NCBI GenBank assembly: GCA_046538185.1
Contig: JBKHJJ010000001.1
Location: 1 to 38,235, forward strand
Direction of reading: 5' to 3'
Origin: Dehalococcoidia bacterium
GTDB lineage: Bacteria > Chloroflexota > Dehalococcoidia > GIF9 > AB-539-J10
Length of the DNA stretch: 38,235 nt
Shown here piece after piece: positions 1 to 7,580 of this stretch; position 1 is the first letter of the stretch; each line of letters opens with the position of its first letter. Both the position numbers and the translations under genes were made by a program. The notes beneath the pieces are model-generated. The model did no database searches. It saw only the letters and a program-made list of their open reading frames with translations, and had not been told where the DNA came from.

Positions 1-30
1 AAGGTCTTTGAGGTGGAAGTTCCGGTCTGA
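1..30 (+). CDS. 3' end of an ORF starting upstream of the window (...KVFEVEVPV*)
   Basis: Frame is open over 1-27 with TGA at 28-30, which overlaps the next ATG (ATGA coupling). It may be the partner of the hicA-like gene. Nine codons are too few to identify it. Confidence 0.2.
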   Translation, partial: KVFEVEVPV

Positions 31-253
31 TGGCTCGGAAGCTGCCGAGACTGAAAGCCAGTGAGGTTATCAAGATACTCCAACAGCACGGATTCACCTT
101 GATCTCACAACGGGCAGTCATCAGAAATGGCGGAATGATGAGACGGGGAAGCAAGTGATTGTGCCATATCATAAAGGCAAGCAGCTGCCGCTGGGCACGA
201 TGAGGAGCATCGTTGAAGGAAGTGGCATTCCCCAAGAGAAATTCCGGCCCTAG
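30..253 (+). pseudogene. hicA: HicA-family (YcfA-like) mRNA interferase toxin, frameshifted
   Basis: ATG 30-32 gives MARKLPRLKASEVIKILQQHGFTLISQ, a HicA-type N-terminus. A second frame from 113 gives GSHQKWRNDETGKQVIVPYHKGKQLPLGTMRSIVEGSGIPQEKFRP*, ending at TAG 251-253. The halves join only if one G is added to the GGG run at 112-114. Confidence 0.7.
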
Positions 254-298
254 AACCCGCCCAGTCCTGGCACCACAACTATGCCCACGTAATCACGC

Positions 299-316
299 CC
301 ATGTTCGTCCAATGGT
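299..316 (+). repeat. Intergenic 18-nt motif copy A: CCATGTTCGTCCAATGGT
   Basis: Matches copy B at 17 of 18 positions in the same orientation. It lies between the hicA relic and the HNH gene. Confidence 0.6.
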
Positions 317-478
317 AGCTAAATTGCCCTTCAGCTTGTTGATTTTGTCAGCGCAGGGTGTATCTTTCTATGCAGTCCCCCATCCTTGAATCCAGAAGTA
401 CGTCCTGAATCCCAAAGCCAACAAAGCTAACAACAGAACTCTATTACCGATGATTGTTGAATTAAGGTGGTAGGATAT

Positions 479-1021
479 TCAGCGATAGTCCCATCGACCA
501 GAACGTAGCAGACGAATCCTTTGAGTCCTGTGCTCCTGAACCCAGAGCTTTTGTCGCTGTCTGGGGGGGATACCTTTGTTAGCGGAATCATGGTGATTGG
601 GACAAAGAACTAAGAGATTCCAAACAGTGTTTGTGCCACCTTCGTGCCTAGGTTTTATATGGTGGATTTCTAGGTTACCGGTTTTGCCGCAAGTTGGGTC
701 TTCACACCTATTTCCCGTGTAGTGTATGAACAAGGCTCTTTCAGATGATGTTAAGTCTGGGGCTTTCGGGAACGTAGTATGCTGTGAGGGATTGCCGGAT
801 GCAGAAAGCCAATAGTAAGCCTTCTTGGCGAAGGTTGTGAATGCTGCCGGTCCTTGCCTCTTGTAAGCGAGGTACGATAGCAAGGCAATGATTATGAGAG
901 CAATGGCTATCGCCACCCATATTATATGTGTTGGAACAAGAGCCCAGATAATGGCCCCGAGGATAAATGCAATTACTATAACTTGAGCCCAACGTGGGAG
1001 TCGGTTGCTGGTCTTTGCCAT
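479..1021 (-). CDS. Membrane-anchored HNH endonuclease (two N-terminal TM helices plus C-terminal HNH)
   Basis: 180-aa ORF. Hydrophobic helices WAQVIVIAFILGAIIWALV and IIWVAIAIALIIIALLSYLAY. C-terminal motif CEDPTCGKTGNLEIHHIKPRHEGGTNTVWNLLVLCPNHH fits the HNH C..C...HH...N...C..HH pattern. Confidence 0.8.
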   Translation of the reverse strand: MAKTSNRLPRWAQVIVIAFILGAIIWALVPTHIIWVAIAIALIIIALLSYLAYKRQGPAAFTTFAKKAYYWLSASGNPSQHTTFPKAPDLTSSERALFIHYTGNRCEDPTCGKTGNLEIHHIKPRHEGGTNTVWNLLVLCPNHHDSANKGIPPRQRQKLWVQEHRTQRIRLLRSGRWDYR

Positions 1022-1062
1022 TTAAAGATTTATGCGCCAGGTAGTATGATCTATAATATATA

Positions 1063-1068
1063 ATTATA
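1063..1068 (-). promoter_or_regulatory. Possible -10 box (TATAAT on the minus strand) for the HNH gene
   Basis: AT-rich patch 1039-1066 is flanked by direct 8-mers TATGCGCC at 1031-1038 and 1067-1074. TATAAT reads on the minus strand at 1068-1063, about 42 nt upstream of the ATG at 1021. No clear -35. Confidence 0.3.
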
Positions 1069-1210
1069 TGCGCCGTTCAAGTGAAATAGAAGACTTCGCG
1101 AGATTTTGGGCTTAGCTTGTTGTATGAAATCTAAGGGAGAGAAGAACCAGGTAGAATAGTCAATGAGTGCTTATCGCAGCCGTGGTCATAGCGCAAGAGA
1201 ATCAAACATT

Positions 1211-1228
1211 CCATGTTCGTCCAGTGGT
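1211..1228 (+). repeat. Intergenic 18-nt motif copy B: CCATGTTCGTCCAGTGGT
   Basis: Matches copy A at 17 of 18 positions. Its first 15 nt recur exactly at 33830-33844 inside an RCC1-like repeat. It lies inside an unsupported 37-codon minus-strand ORF (1131-1244). Confidence 0.6.
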
Positions 1229-1323
1229 GACTACCTAACTCCATAGTATTTCTTGGGGTCGTACAAAATGTACTGCCAACTTCTTCTGGTGAGAGCACGG
1301 GCATGACAATAAGAGAGCTCAGT

Positions 1324-1746
1324 CTATCGGATTATTATACGGAGCTTTTTAGTGACATCCAGCCCGTGGGGAATATCAAGTTTGGCTAGTATGTACCATC
1401 TGATTCCGCCGATTATTCGTGGTCTAACATCCAAGACATTTGTTGGTATTTTCATCTCAAACAGGTAATGCTCTTGTCCCCCGCTGTATTCCTTTTCGCC
1501 GTCCAGTTGCTGTTCCGAGTCATAGAAGCGCGCGGTGCCTGTCACGGTCGTTGCATATGCCGGTATCCCCGACCTCCCCGTTGACGGAGTTGTCACCCTG
1601 GTCTTACCTTCACCGATCAAGGATATACTCATGCCTCTAGCTTTCACAGGTTTCCTTAGTGTCAAGGTAACAGTGCCGGAAATGGTATCCCCCCGAATAT
1701 ACTTGAGTTTCTCAAGTGTGATATCGATTCTCCCTCTACCAAACAT
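1324..1746 (-). CDS. Arrestin-N/Spo0M-like beta-sandwich protein, single lobe (about 140 aa)
   Basis: Start is taken at the internal ATG (1746), which is preceded by AAAGGA. MFGRGRIDITLEKLKYIRGDTISGTVTLTLRKPVKARGMSISLIGEGKTRV follows the Spo0M/arrestin N-terminal pattern (short label, then G.v.G.v.l....... then l.l.G). The track ORF extends to 1797. Confidence 0.6.
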   Translation of the reverse strand: MFGRGRIDITLEKLKYIRGDTISGTVTLTLRKPVKARGMSISLIGEGKTRVTTPSTGRSGIPAYATTVTGTARFYDSEQQLDGEKEYSGGQEHYLFEMKIPTNVLDVRPRIIGGIRWYILAKLDIPHGLDVTKKLRIIIR

Positions 1747-1905
1747 AGCCTGTCCTTTTTCGACTCCCGATTCAGATTGTGGCTCAATAGGGAACACGAG
1801 GCAATGAATCCGTATTGTTAATTACATCGCCCACCCTTGTTCGATACATGTTAAGAATGTGTCAGATAGTTATATGGTAACATATGCATGGAACGGCAGA
1901 CATCC

Positions 1906-1923
1906 CCGTGCGCGTCCAGTGGT
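1906..1923 (+). repeat. Intergenic 18-nt motif copy C (degenerate): CCGTGCGCGTCCAGTGGT
   Basis: Matches copy B at 15 of 18 positions in the same orientation. It lies in the divergent gap between the arrestin-like and PNPOx-like genes. Confidence 0.4.
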
Positions 1924-1954
1924 CTTCAGGATTCGAAGCTGAGTAGTTCGGGGT

Positions 1955-1983
1955 TTGATTGCGTCGATGTTTCTATTTATAAT
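1955..1983 (+). promoter_or_regulatory. Sigma70-type promoter candidate for the PNPOx-like gene
   Basis: TTGATT (1955-1960), 17-nt spacer, TATAAT (1978-1983), about 49 nt upstream of ATG 2032. Confidence 0.4.
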
Positions 1984-2031
1984 GGCCTTTCTACTTTGCT
2001 TCTCTAAGATTCTTCAGAAAGACACAAATTG

Positions 2032-2451
2032 ATGCAGATCAGCGATGAACTAGCGCAAATTCTGAATCGATTCAAGGAAACCCAGTTTGTTGCACTGGCC
2101 ACCATCGAAGGAACACGACCGAGGGTAAGGCCAATGACACTGATATATCTGGACCGCAGGTTCTGGATGGTGACCTCCACTTATAGCAGCAAAGTTGTAC
2201 AGATCAGGCAGAATGCAAATGTAGAGTTTATCTATAAATTCGATGAGAATGCCGAGGACCGCTGTATCCGGGTACTGGGGAAAGCGGAGCTCATTGAAGA
2301 CAACGAGACGAAGGCCAGCATCGCAAAACGGATTCGTTTTTTTGAGGACTACTGGTCTGGGCCTGAAGATCCCGACTATACCCTATTGGAGATCTTGCCT
2401 GAGGAACTGCAATACGTCACGCCTTCGGGCACGCAACAATTCCAGGTGTAG
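2032..2451 (+). CDS. Pyridoxamine 5'-phosphate oxidase-like FMN-binding split-barrel protein
   Basis: About 139 aa. The pattern FVALATIEGTRPRVRPMTLIYLDRRFWMVTS...VEFIY...IRVLGKAELIED is typical of the PNPOx-like family. ATG at 2032 is preferred over TTG at 2029. Confidence 0.8.
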   Translation: MQISDELAQILNRFKETQFVALATIEGTRPRVRPMTLIYLDRRFWMVTSTYSSKVVQIRQNANVEFIYKFDENAEDRCIRVLGKAELIEDNETKASIAKRIRFFEDYWSGPEDPDYTLLEILPEELQYVTPSGTQQFQV

Positions 2452-2711
2452 TCACTTTCGTTCTGCCTGCCAGCGTTTCCCCGTTCGTGCTCTGCAGAGG
2501 TGTTAGGTTGCTGCATCACCTGAGAAACCGCTATTTCTGTACAGTCGTCCCCGGACGGCAGTCCTGCCTATGAGCATACGGAGACGCTTAGGCTCGCCCA
2601 GCGGTAGGTGAAGCTAGCTTCAGCATGGTGTGGCGACGCGTGGAACCGTGGCCAACAACTGGCGGCTGTGCATGTTGGAACCCCATATTGCATCCAACAA
2701 CCTGCAGCACG

Positions 2712-2740
2712 TTGACAGTTACGAATGTTCGTGCTAGAAT
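2712..2740 (+). promoter_or_regulatory. Sigma70-type promoter candidate for the giant surface-protein gene
   Basis: TTGACA (2712-2717), 17-nt spacer, TAGAAT (2735-2740), about 50 nt upstream of GTG 2791. Confidence 0.5.
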
Positions 2741-2790
2741 TGCTTATCCTGTAGCGGTGCTGCGATAGGAGTCTTTGGGGGCGTGGTCTC

Positions 2791-5700
2791 GTGTGTACAC
2801 ACCACAATGGGCAAAGAGTATTCGGTTTCCTAGTTACTGTTATCCTTTCACTATCCCTCTTGTCAGGCGGCCTTCTATTCAGCGCCCATGGCAAGACCGC
2901 TTCCGCTGCCGACACTGTCTTCTACGACTTTGTCTCCCAGGCTGCCAGCGCGTCCTGGTCCAGCGGCGCCGGCAGCCTGCCCTTCCCCGGCAGCGATACC
3001 GACAGCCGTGGGTTCGCCCTTTACAGGGATGACTGTCATCTTGAGGACGATAGCACCTGGGCAAGAGTTCTGGAAACTCACCCGCAGTGGGTAAGTGACG
3101 GCTGGATAATGGGTGTGTATCCCGAGATGACAGTTGCCTCCGGCGCCGAGCTCAAAATCACCGTGGGATTTTTCAAAGGGGCTGCCGAAAGCGATGGCGT
3201 AACCTTTGAGGTTAAGTTTGAAGAGTTTCTCGGTCTGAATGTGGCGCCCAAAATCCATTCTATTCTCAGCCATAAAGCAACCTACGATGGTGAGCTCGAC
3301 TCTATGACCACGGATTTAGAATCTGTGGAGGGCAAAACAGGTAACTTCGTCTTGTATGCTAACGCCGGACAGGACTCCGGCCAGGACTGGGCAGCCTGGG
3401 CTGAGGCGAAGATTGAAGTAGAGGCTGACACAACTCCACCAATCGTCACAATAGGCCATTCCCCCTCAGAGGTCACTACCGCTGACATTGTCACTTTCAC
3501 AGCTCAGGCAGAAGATGATAGCAGCGTCCTCAATATGCTGATTTTTGTAGACGGTCAGCAGGTCAAGGCGTGTGCTCCTCCGAGCCAAAAGACCGATGGC
3601 CAAGGAGGAACATACTGGGAATGCGTTTACACCGGCGGACCCTATGACGAAGGCACGCTAACTTATCAGGCCGAGGCTCTTGACAGCTATCAGAATCGCG
3701 GTGTCTCCAGTGAGGGAAGCGTTGATGTTACTGTCTCCATTACTCCGGTCCAACCACCGCTCACAGCCTGTTTGTTCTCCATTTCTGGCACCATCCACGA
3801 TTTCTGGCATGACTCAGCAACGCTTAAGATTGAGATATGCGAGGCTGAAACGATCATAGCCCAAATAGGCGGCAAAACAGTGCCGGTAACAACCTGTAAG
3901 GAAGGGGGCCGCGTCTGGCGTGTTGATACAAACAGGCTGTTCTCTGGCGATCTACCCGGTCCCGATTTGACCTATCGGGCGGGCCGTCTTTGTCCCGGAA
4001 CATACATTGTCACTCCCGTCTATCAACCGGGTGTGGACCTTTGCGAGTGGCAGGGTAGCTGGCAGACCGCCAAGGGGCAGGTAGTCAGAATTGAAGATGC
4101 CAACGCTGAAGGTTTCGATTTTGCCTTCGAACCGGAGGACTCGAGTGCCCCGCGGATCAGCAGCATAACGGCTGAGCCCGAACACCCGGAGCTCGGCGAA
4201 GATGTGGTCATTACCATTCTGACCCAGGACGATGGGGAGATATCCGCCATCTGGGAAAAGACGGATACGGTATTTGTAGACGGTTCGTTTCACGCTGGCC
4301 ACTGGCACAGCTTGACCGTAAGCCCCGGGATGCTGGGCAGCACGGCTGGGGCTCAGTTCTCACTGACCGACGACCGCATCATGCAGGCCACGGTAAGAGC
4401 CAGGGTATGCGACAGCGGGGGTAACAGCCACATGGCACAAATGACCGTTCAATTCGGCAGCTGTGATGACGGTATCCAGAACCAGGGGGAAACAGGTGTG
4501 GACTGTGGCGGCCCCTGCCCTTCCGAGTGCAAAAACTGCCTGAACGATGCCACAATAGGGGACGGCACTTCGGCTTATTTGTATAGCCCGGACCAGATTG
4601 AGTACGTAAGAGGCTGGGCCCTGGGAGCCGTTTCGGAATATGCCGATGTAATGGGGATAGATCCTTTCGAGCTTGATACCAGTGACGAGTATATTGAAGC
4701 TATTGCCTGGTGGGTACCTACTCATATGGGTTATCGAGGAGATGATATCAATAGACAGGTCCTATGCGATGTAATGGACCTTGATTTTGACATCTGTGAT
4801 TGCGAGCTGTGTGATTTCTGGCAGCCAGCTTACTACATCTTGAACTACAGCGGACGAGCACAAAGTACGGACCCTTCTAAGTGGTTCTTCGGGGACTGCG
4901 ACGACTTCGCTATACTTAGCTCTGCCTTGCTCAGGTCACTGGGAGTAAGCCACAAGTGCATCTTCATTGCCACGCAGCCCGGGCATGCATTTAACATTGT
5001 CAATTATCACAGTAAGCACAGGATATTAGAGCCGCAGAACAGCGCCATTGGTTGCGAAGACTATGTGCCAGAGCTCATTCTCAACGACAAAATAGATTGG
5101 GTCAGCCCCTGGCAGTATACTATGAATTACCCGGGGTGCGAGAACCCAACAGTGTCAGTCACTGGTGGGGGCTTTGGTGCCAAGATGCTGTGGCTCGACT
5201 GGAGCGGCTGGGGAGAATACCCGGCGCTGGCCGTAGGAGACTTCGATAGCGACGGTCGTGACGATATCGCCGCTGTGTATAATGATTGGGATACGCGGGA
5301 TTTTGTTGCTGTTGTTTTCCCATCCACCGGCTCTGGTTTCCAGGCGCCGTCGGCGGCATTGCCTGAACCATATCCATCGCACCCTGGCGTCATGGTCGGT
5401 AATCGTCCCGAGGGCGACTTCATCGTGATCACGGAACACGGATACTCCGGCGGTTTTAGAGAAGCAATAGGAACGATGGCAGCCTGCCCTTCGTCAATAG
5501 TGGGGCATGAGCCAACCAGCGAGACGGACGTTATATGCTTCGGAGATCCGCGAGGGAGTGGCACAGATACTGTAATTGAATTCTCTCGAGGAGATACACA
5601 CAAGGTCAGAGTCTGCCATACGGTCTGGAACGACGCGTTCTGCCCGCGCGATGAACTGCCCCTTGTAGGTGACTTCGATGGCGACGGTTATGACGATGCC

Positions 5701-6174
5701 GTTTCTTTTGCAAGGGGTAGCGCTGCCGGAGTTCGTGTCATCCGTGCGGTAGAAGGCCAGAGCGAGTTTACCATGCTCTGCCTGTGGCACCCGAAATTTT
5801 GTATGGGTGATGAAATACCCGGGGTCGGTGATTTCAATGGTGATGGGAGAGACGACGTCGTGGCCTTCAATTTGGGCAACGGGGATGTCTTTGTCGGGTT
5901 ATCAACGGTGCTTGGCTTCTGGAGCGATGGCTTTGGTGAAACCCAGAGCCGCTGGCATGATGACTTCTGCTCAAATGATGACACTCCGGTGGTGGGAGAC
6001 TTCAACGGTGATGGACTGGATGACGTGGCCTGTTTCCGCATCAACAGCGGCCGTGTGAGGGCGTGGGTCGCCCTGACAATGCCCAGCACCCTGACTTATG
6101 ACTATCACGGTGGGAACCCGTGTCAGCAGGCAAACCTTTACCTGGATGCTTACTTGCCTTCAATCTGCCCCTAG
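2791..6174 (+). CDS. Giant secreted multidomain protein: signal peptide, Ig-like modules, Cys-rich CGGPC module, transglutaminase-like cysteine-protease core, FG-GAP/VCBS repeats
   Basis: 1127-aa ORF with GTG start. Signal peptide FGFLVTVILSLSLLSGGLLFSAHGKTASA. The module CDDGIQNQGETGVDCGGPCPSEC lies at 4462-4530. The core FGDCDDFAILSSALLRSLGV...GHAFNIV has its Cys codon at 4897-4899 and His codon at 4984-4986. At least four VGDF[DN][GS]DG.DD repeats lie at 5233-6040. Confidence 0.9.
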   Translation: MCTHHNGQRVFGFLVTVILSLSLLSGGLLFSAHGKTASAADTVFYDFVSQAASASWSSGAGSLPFPGSDTDSRGFALYRDDCHLEDDSTWARVLETHPQWVSDGWIMGVYPEMTVASGAELKITVGFFKGAAESDGVTFEVKFEEFLGLNVAPKIHSILSHKATYDGELDSMTTDLESVEGKTGNFVLYANAGQDSGQDWAAWAEAKIEVEADTTPPIVTIGHSPSEVTTADIVTFTAQAEDDSSVLNMLIFVDGQQVKACAPPSQKTDGQGGTYWECVYTGGPYDEGTLTYQAEALDSYQNRGVSSEGSVDVTVSITPVQPPLTACLFSISGTIHDFWHDSATLKIEICEAETIIAQIGGKTVPVTTCKEGGRVWRVDTNRLFSGDLPGPDLTYRAGRLCPGTYIVTPVYQPGVDLCEWQGSWQTAKGQVVRIEDANAEGFDFAFEPEDSSAPRISSITAEPEHPELGEDVVITILTQDDGEISAIWEKTDTVFVDGSFHAGHWHSLTVSPGMLGSTAGAQFSLTDDRIMQATVRARVCDSGGNSHMAQMTVQFGSCDDGIQNQGETGVDCGGPCPSECKNCLNDATIGDGTSAYLYSPDQIEYVRGWALGAVSEYADVMGIDPFELDTSDEYIEAIAWWVPTHMGYRGDDINRQVLCDVMDLDFDICDCELCDFWQPAYYILNYSGRAQSTDPSKWFFGDCDDFAILSSALLRSLGVSHKCIFIATQPGHAFNIVNYHSKHRILEPQNSAIGCEDYVPELILNDKIDWVSPWQYTMNYPGCENPTVSVTGGGFGAKMLWLDWSGWGEYPALAVGDFDSDGRDDIAAVYNDWDTRDFVAVVFPSTGSGFQAPSAALPEPYPSHPGVMVGNRPEGDFIVITEHGYSGGFREAIGTMAACPSSIVGHEPTSETDVICFGDPRGSGTDTVIEFSRGDTHKVRVCHTVWNDAFCPRDELPLVGDFDGDGYDDAVSFARGSAAGVRVIRAVEGQSEFTMLCLWHPKFCMGDEIPGVGDFNGDGRDDVVAFNLGNGDVFVGLSTVLGFWSDGFGETQSRWHDDFCSNDDTPVVGDFNGDGLDDVACFRINSGRVRAWVALTMPSTLTYDYHGGNPCQQANLYLDAYLPSICP

Positions 6175-6209
6175 TCTGGCAGAGCTTAAGCGAGAGAGAA
6201 GCAGAGAAA

Positions 6210-7307
6210 ATGTTACTGGGGTATGGAAAAAGATACTGGCTGAAGCCAGGCTCAGGTAGATGGCTCTTCATGAGCCTGGTGGTGTTGTGCCTATCATTGT
6301 TTCCTGCTAACCCCGCACACGCAGCATTGTTCTACACGGGTGATGTTCACATAGACTCGTTTTCGGCGACGCTAAATGTAACTGATGAAGCTGCGGTTAG
6401 TGTGGAATATGTCCTGGTCAATCACGGGGATAGCCAGGAAGCTATCAATATGACTTTTTCTCCTTCCGAGGCTATAGCTAGAATTGACGGGAGCGAACTG
6501 GTGAATCCGATCGCGTTTGATCCCGCAGAAACAAGACAACTATCACTATCTTACTCCCTGGGCCTCCAAACGGCAGAATCTCAAGGAATTGTGTTTGCGC
6601 CGGTGCTCTTTTTTGATGGCATGGCAAACTCCAATAGAGTGGACAGCTACAGTGTGAGATTGATACTGCCAGAAGGCATTAGGAAAATAATCTATTCAAG
6701 CCTGCCATATACAGGCACCGCCGAGCAGAGCGGTAGAGCCCTGATCATCTGGGAGAAAAGCGACTTATATCCGACTCCGCTGGCTATAAGCTGGACAACC
6801 CTGGACGTGGATATTGCCACGGTAAAGAACACTGTACCGGAAACCCTGAGTTCGCCCGGCGAGGTAGTCACGGTTGAAGTCACAGTTCAAAACAAAGGCA
6901 GTGACGAGGTAGGGGATATCACCTTGATTGATAGCTTCTTTCCTGGCGCTTTCGAAGCTGTGGAGCCCCTGTCTGAGTTCAGTCTGATCCAGGAAGAGAA
7001 TAGTGACCCCCGCCTGTACTGGCAGAAAGAAATAGATTCTCTGGGGCCCGGAGAGACGGCGGTCTGTAGCTACTCGGTAAAAGTGAAGGTTCTGGGTCTG
7101 GAAACAAGGCTGGATCCTGCGGTGGTGTTGATCGATGGTACGTCGGTGAGCGTGTCAAACGAAGTTATCCTGCATAGTGAACTTGCCGAAAGATACGGAG
7201 CGGAAGCCTCCGGGGGATTCCCAGTATTGTATGCCATAATTGGCGCAGTTATCGTCGCAGCCATAATCACCACGGTCTTTTTCCTGAAGTCGAGAAAGAA
7301 AGCATAG
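6210..7307 (+). CDS. Surface protein with signal peptide, CARDB/DUF11-like beta-sandwich and C-terminal TM anchor
   Basis: ATG 6210 is chosen (ATG 6270 is also possible). Signal peptide MSLVVLCLSLFPANPAHA. GEVVTVEVTVQNKGSDEVGDITLIDSF matches the CARDB/DUF11 style. The C-terminus GGFPVLYAIIGAVIVAAIITTVFFLKSRKKA is a TM helix with a basic tail. Confidence 0.8.
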   Translation: MLLGYGKRYWLKPGSGRWLFMSLVVLCLSLFPANPAHAALFYTGDVHIDSFSATLNVTDEAAVSVEYVLVNHGDSQEAINMTFSPSEAIARIDGSELVNPIAFDPAETRQLSLSYSLGLQTAESQGIVFAPVLFFDGMANSNRVDSYSVRLILPEGIRKIIYSSLPYTGTAEQSGRALIIWEKSDLYPTPLAISWTTLDVDIATVKNTVPETLSSPGEVVTVEVTVQNKGSDEVGDITLIDSFFPGAFEAVEPLSEFSLIQEENSDPRLYWQKEIDSLGPGETAVCSYSVKVKVLGLETRLDPAVVLIDGTSVSVSNEVILHSELAERYGAEASGGFPVLYAIIGAVIVAAIITTVFFLKSRKKA

Positions 7308-7365
7308 TCTCAACATCTGTGGTTCCCTCTCTGCTTCACTGGAGCAGGCTGTTGTCTTGACTCCA

Positions 7366-7374
7366 TGCTATAAT
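7366..7374 (+). promoter_or_regulatory. Extended -10 promoter candidate (TGcTATAAT) for hicAB
   Basis: TG at 7366-7367 and TATAAT at 7369-7374. The predicted start site at about 7381 coincides with the GTG start at 7382, so the mRNA may be leaderless. Confidence 0.35.
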
Positions 7375-7381
7375 CAAGTGT

Positions 7382-7579
7382 GTGAAGTTCAGCGAACTGG
7401 TCAGGCTCCTGGAGGAGAACGGTTTTGAACTGATAAAGGAAAAAGGCTCAGTGAGATATTATGCCAGACAGGGGGTGGATAAACTAATCAGAATCGATTA
7501 TCATGGTTCCATAGAAGTACCGACAGGGACTTGCGACGTGATTCTGAAAGCGGCCGGATTGAAGGGCCGAAGAAGATAA
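7382..7579 (+). CDS. hicA: HicA-family toxin (atypical: GSV where GSH is expected)
   Basis: 65 aa. MKFSELVRLLEENGFELIKEKGSVRYY...IEVPTGTCDVILKAAGL matches the HicA/YcfA pattern. It is followed 1 nt later by hicB. Confidence 0.8.
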   Translation: MKFSELVRLLEENGFELIKEKGSVRYYARQGVDKLIRIDYHGSIEVPTGTCDVILKAAGLKGRRR

Positions 7580-7580
7580 A

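Noticed and set aside
1-2500. Integron-like cassette array, with small unrelated genes and a toxin separated by a recurring motif
   Set aside because: No intI is present. Gene orientations are mixed. The motif copies are not embedded in the imperfect palindromes with RYYYAAC/GTTRRRY cores expected of attC sites.
2568-6089. Many 60-160-aa ORFs nested in or antisense to the giant surface-protein gene, plus the 2568-2915 minus-strand ORF
   Set aside because: They are shadow ORFs in GC-rich coding sequence with low-complexity Arg/Pro/Ser-rich translations. They have no motifs and no independent start signals.
6120-6209. Upstream extension of the anchored surface-protein ORF that overlaps the end of the giant gene
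   Set aside because: The extension lacks signal-peptide character, whereas ATG 6210 or 6270 gives a normal signal peptide.
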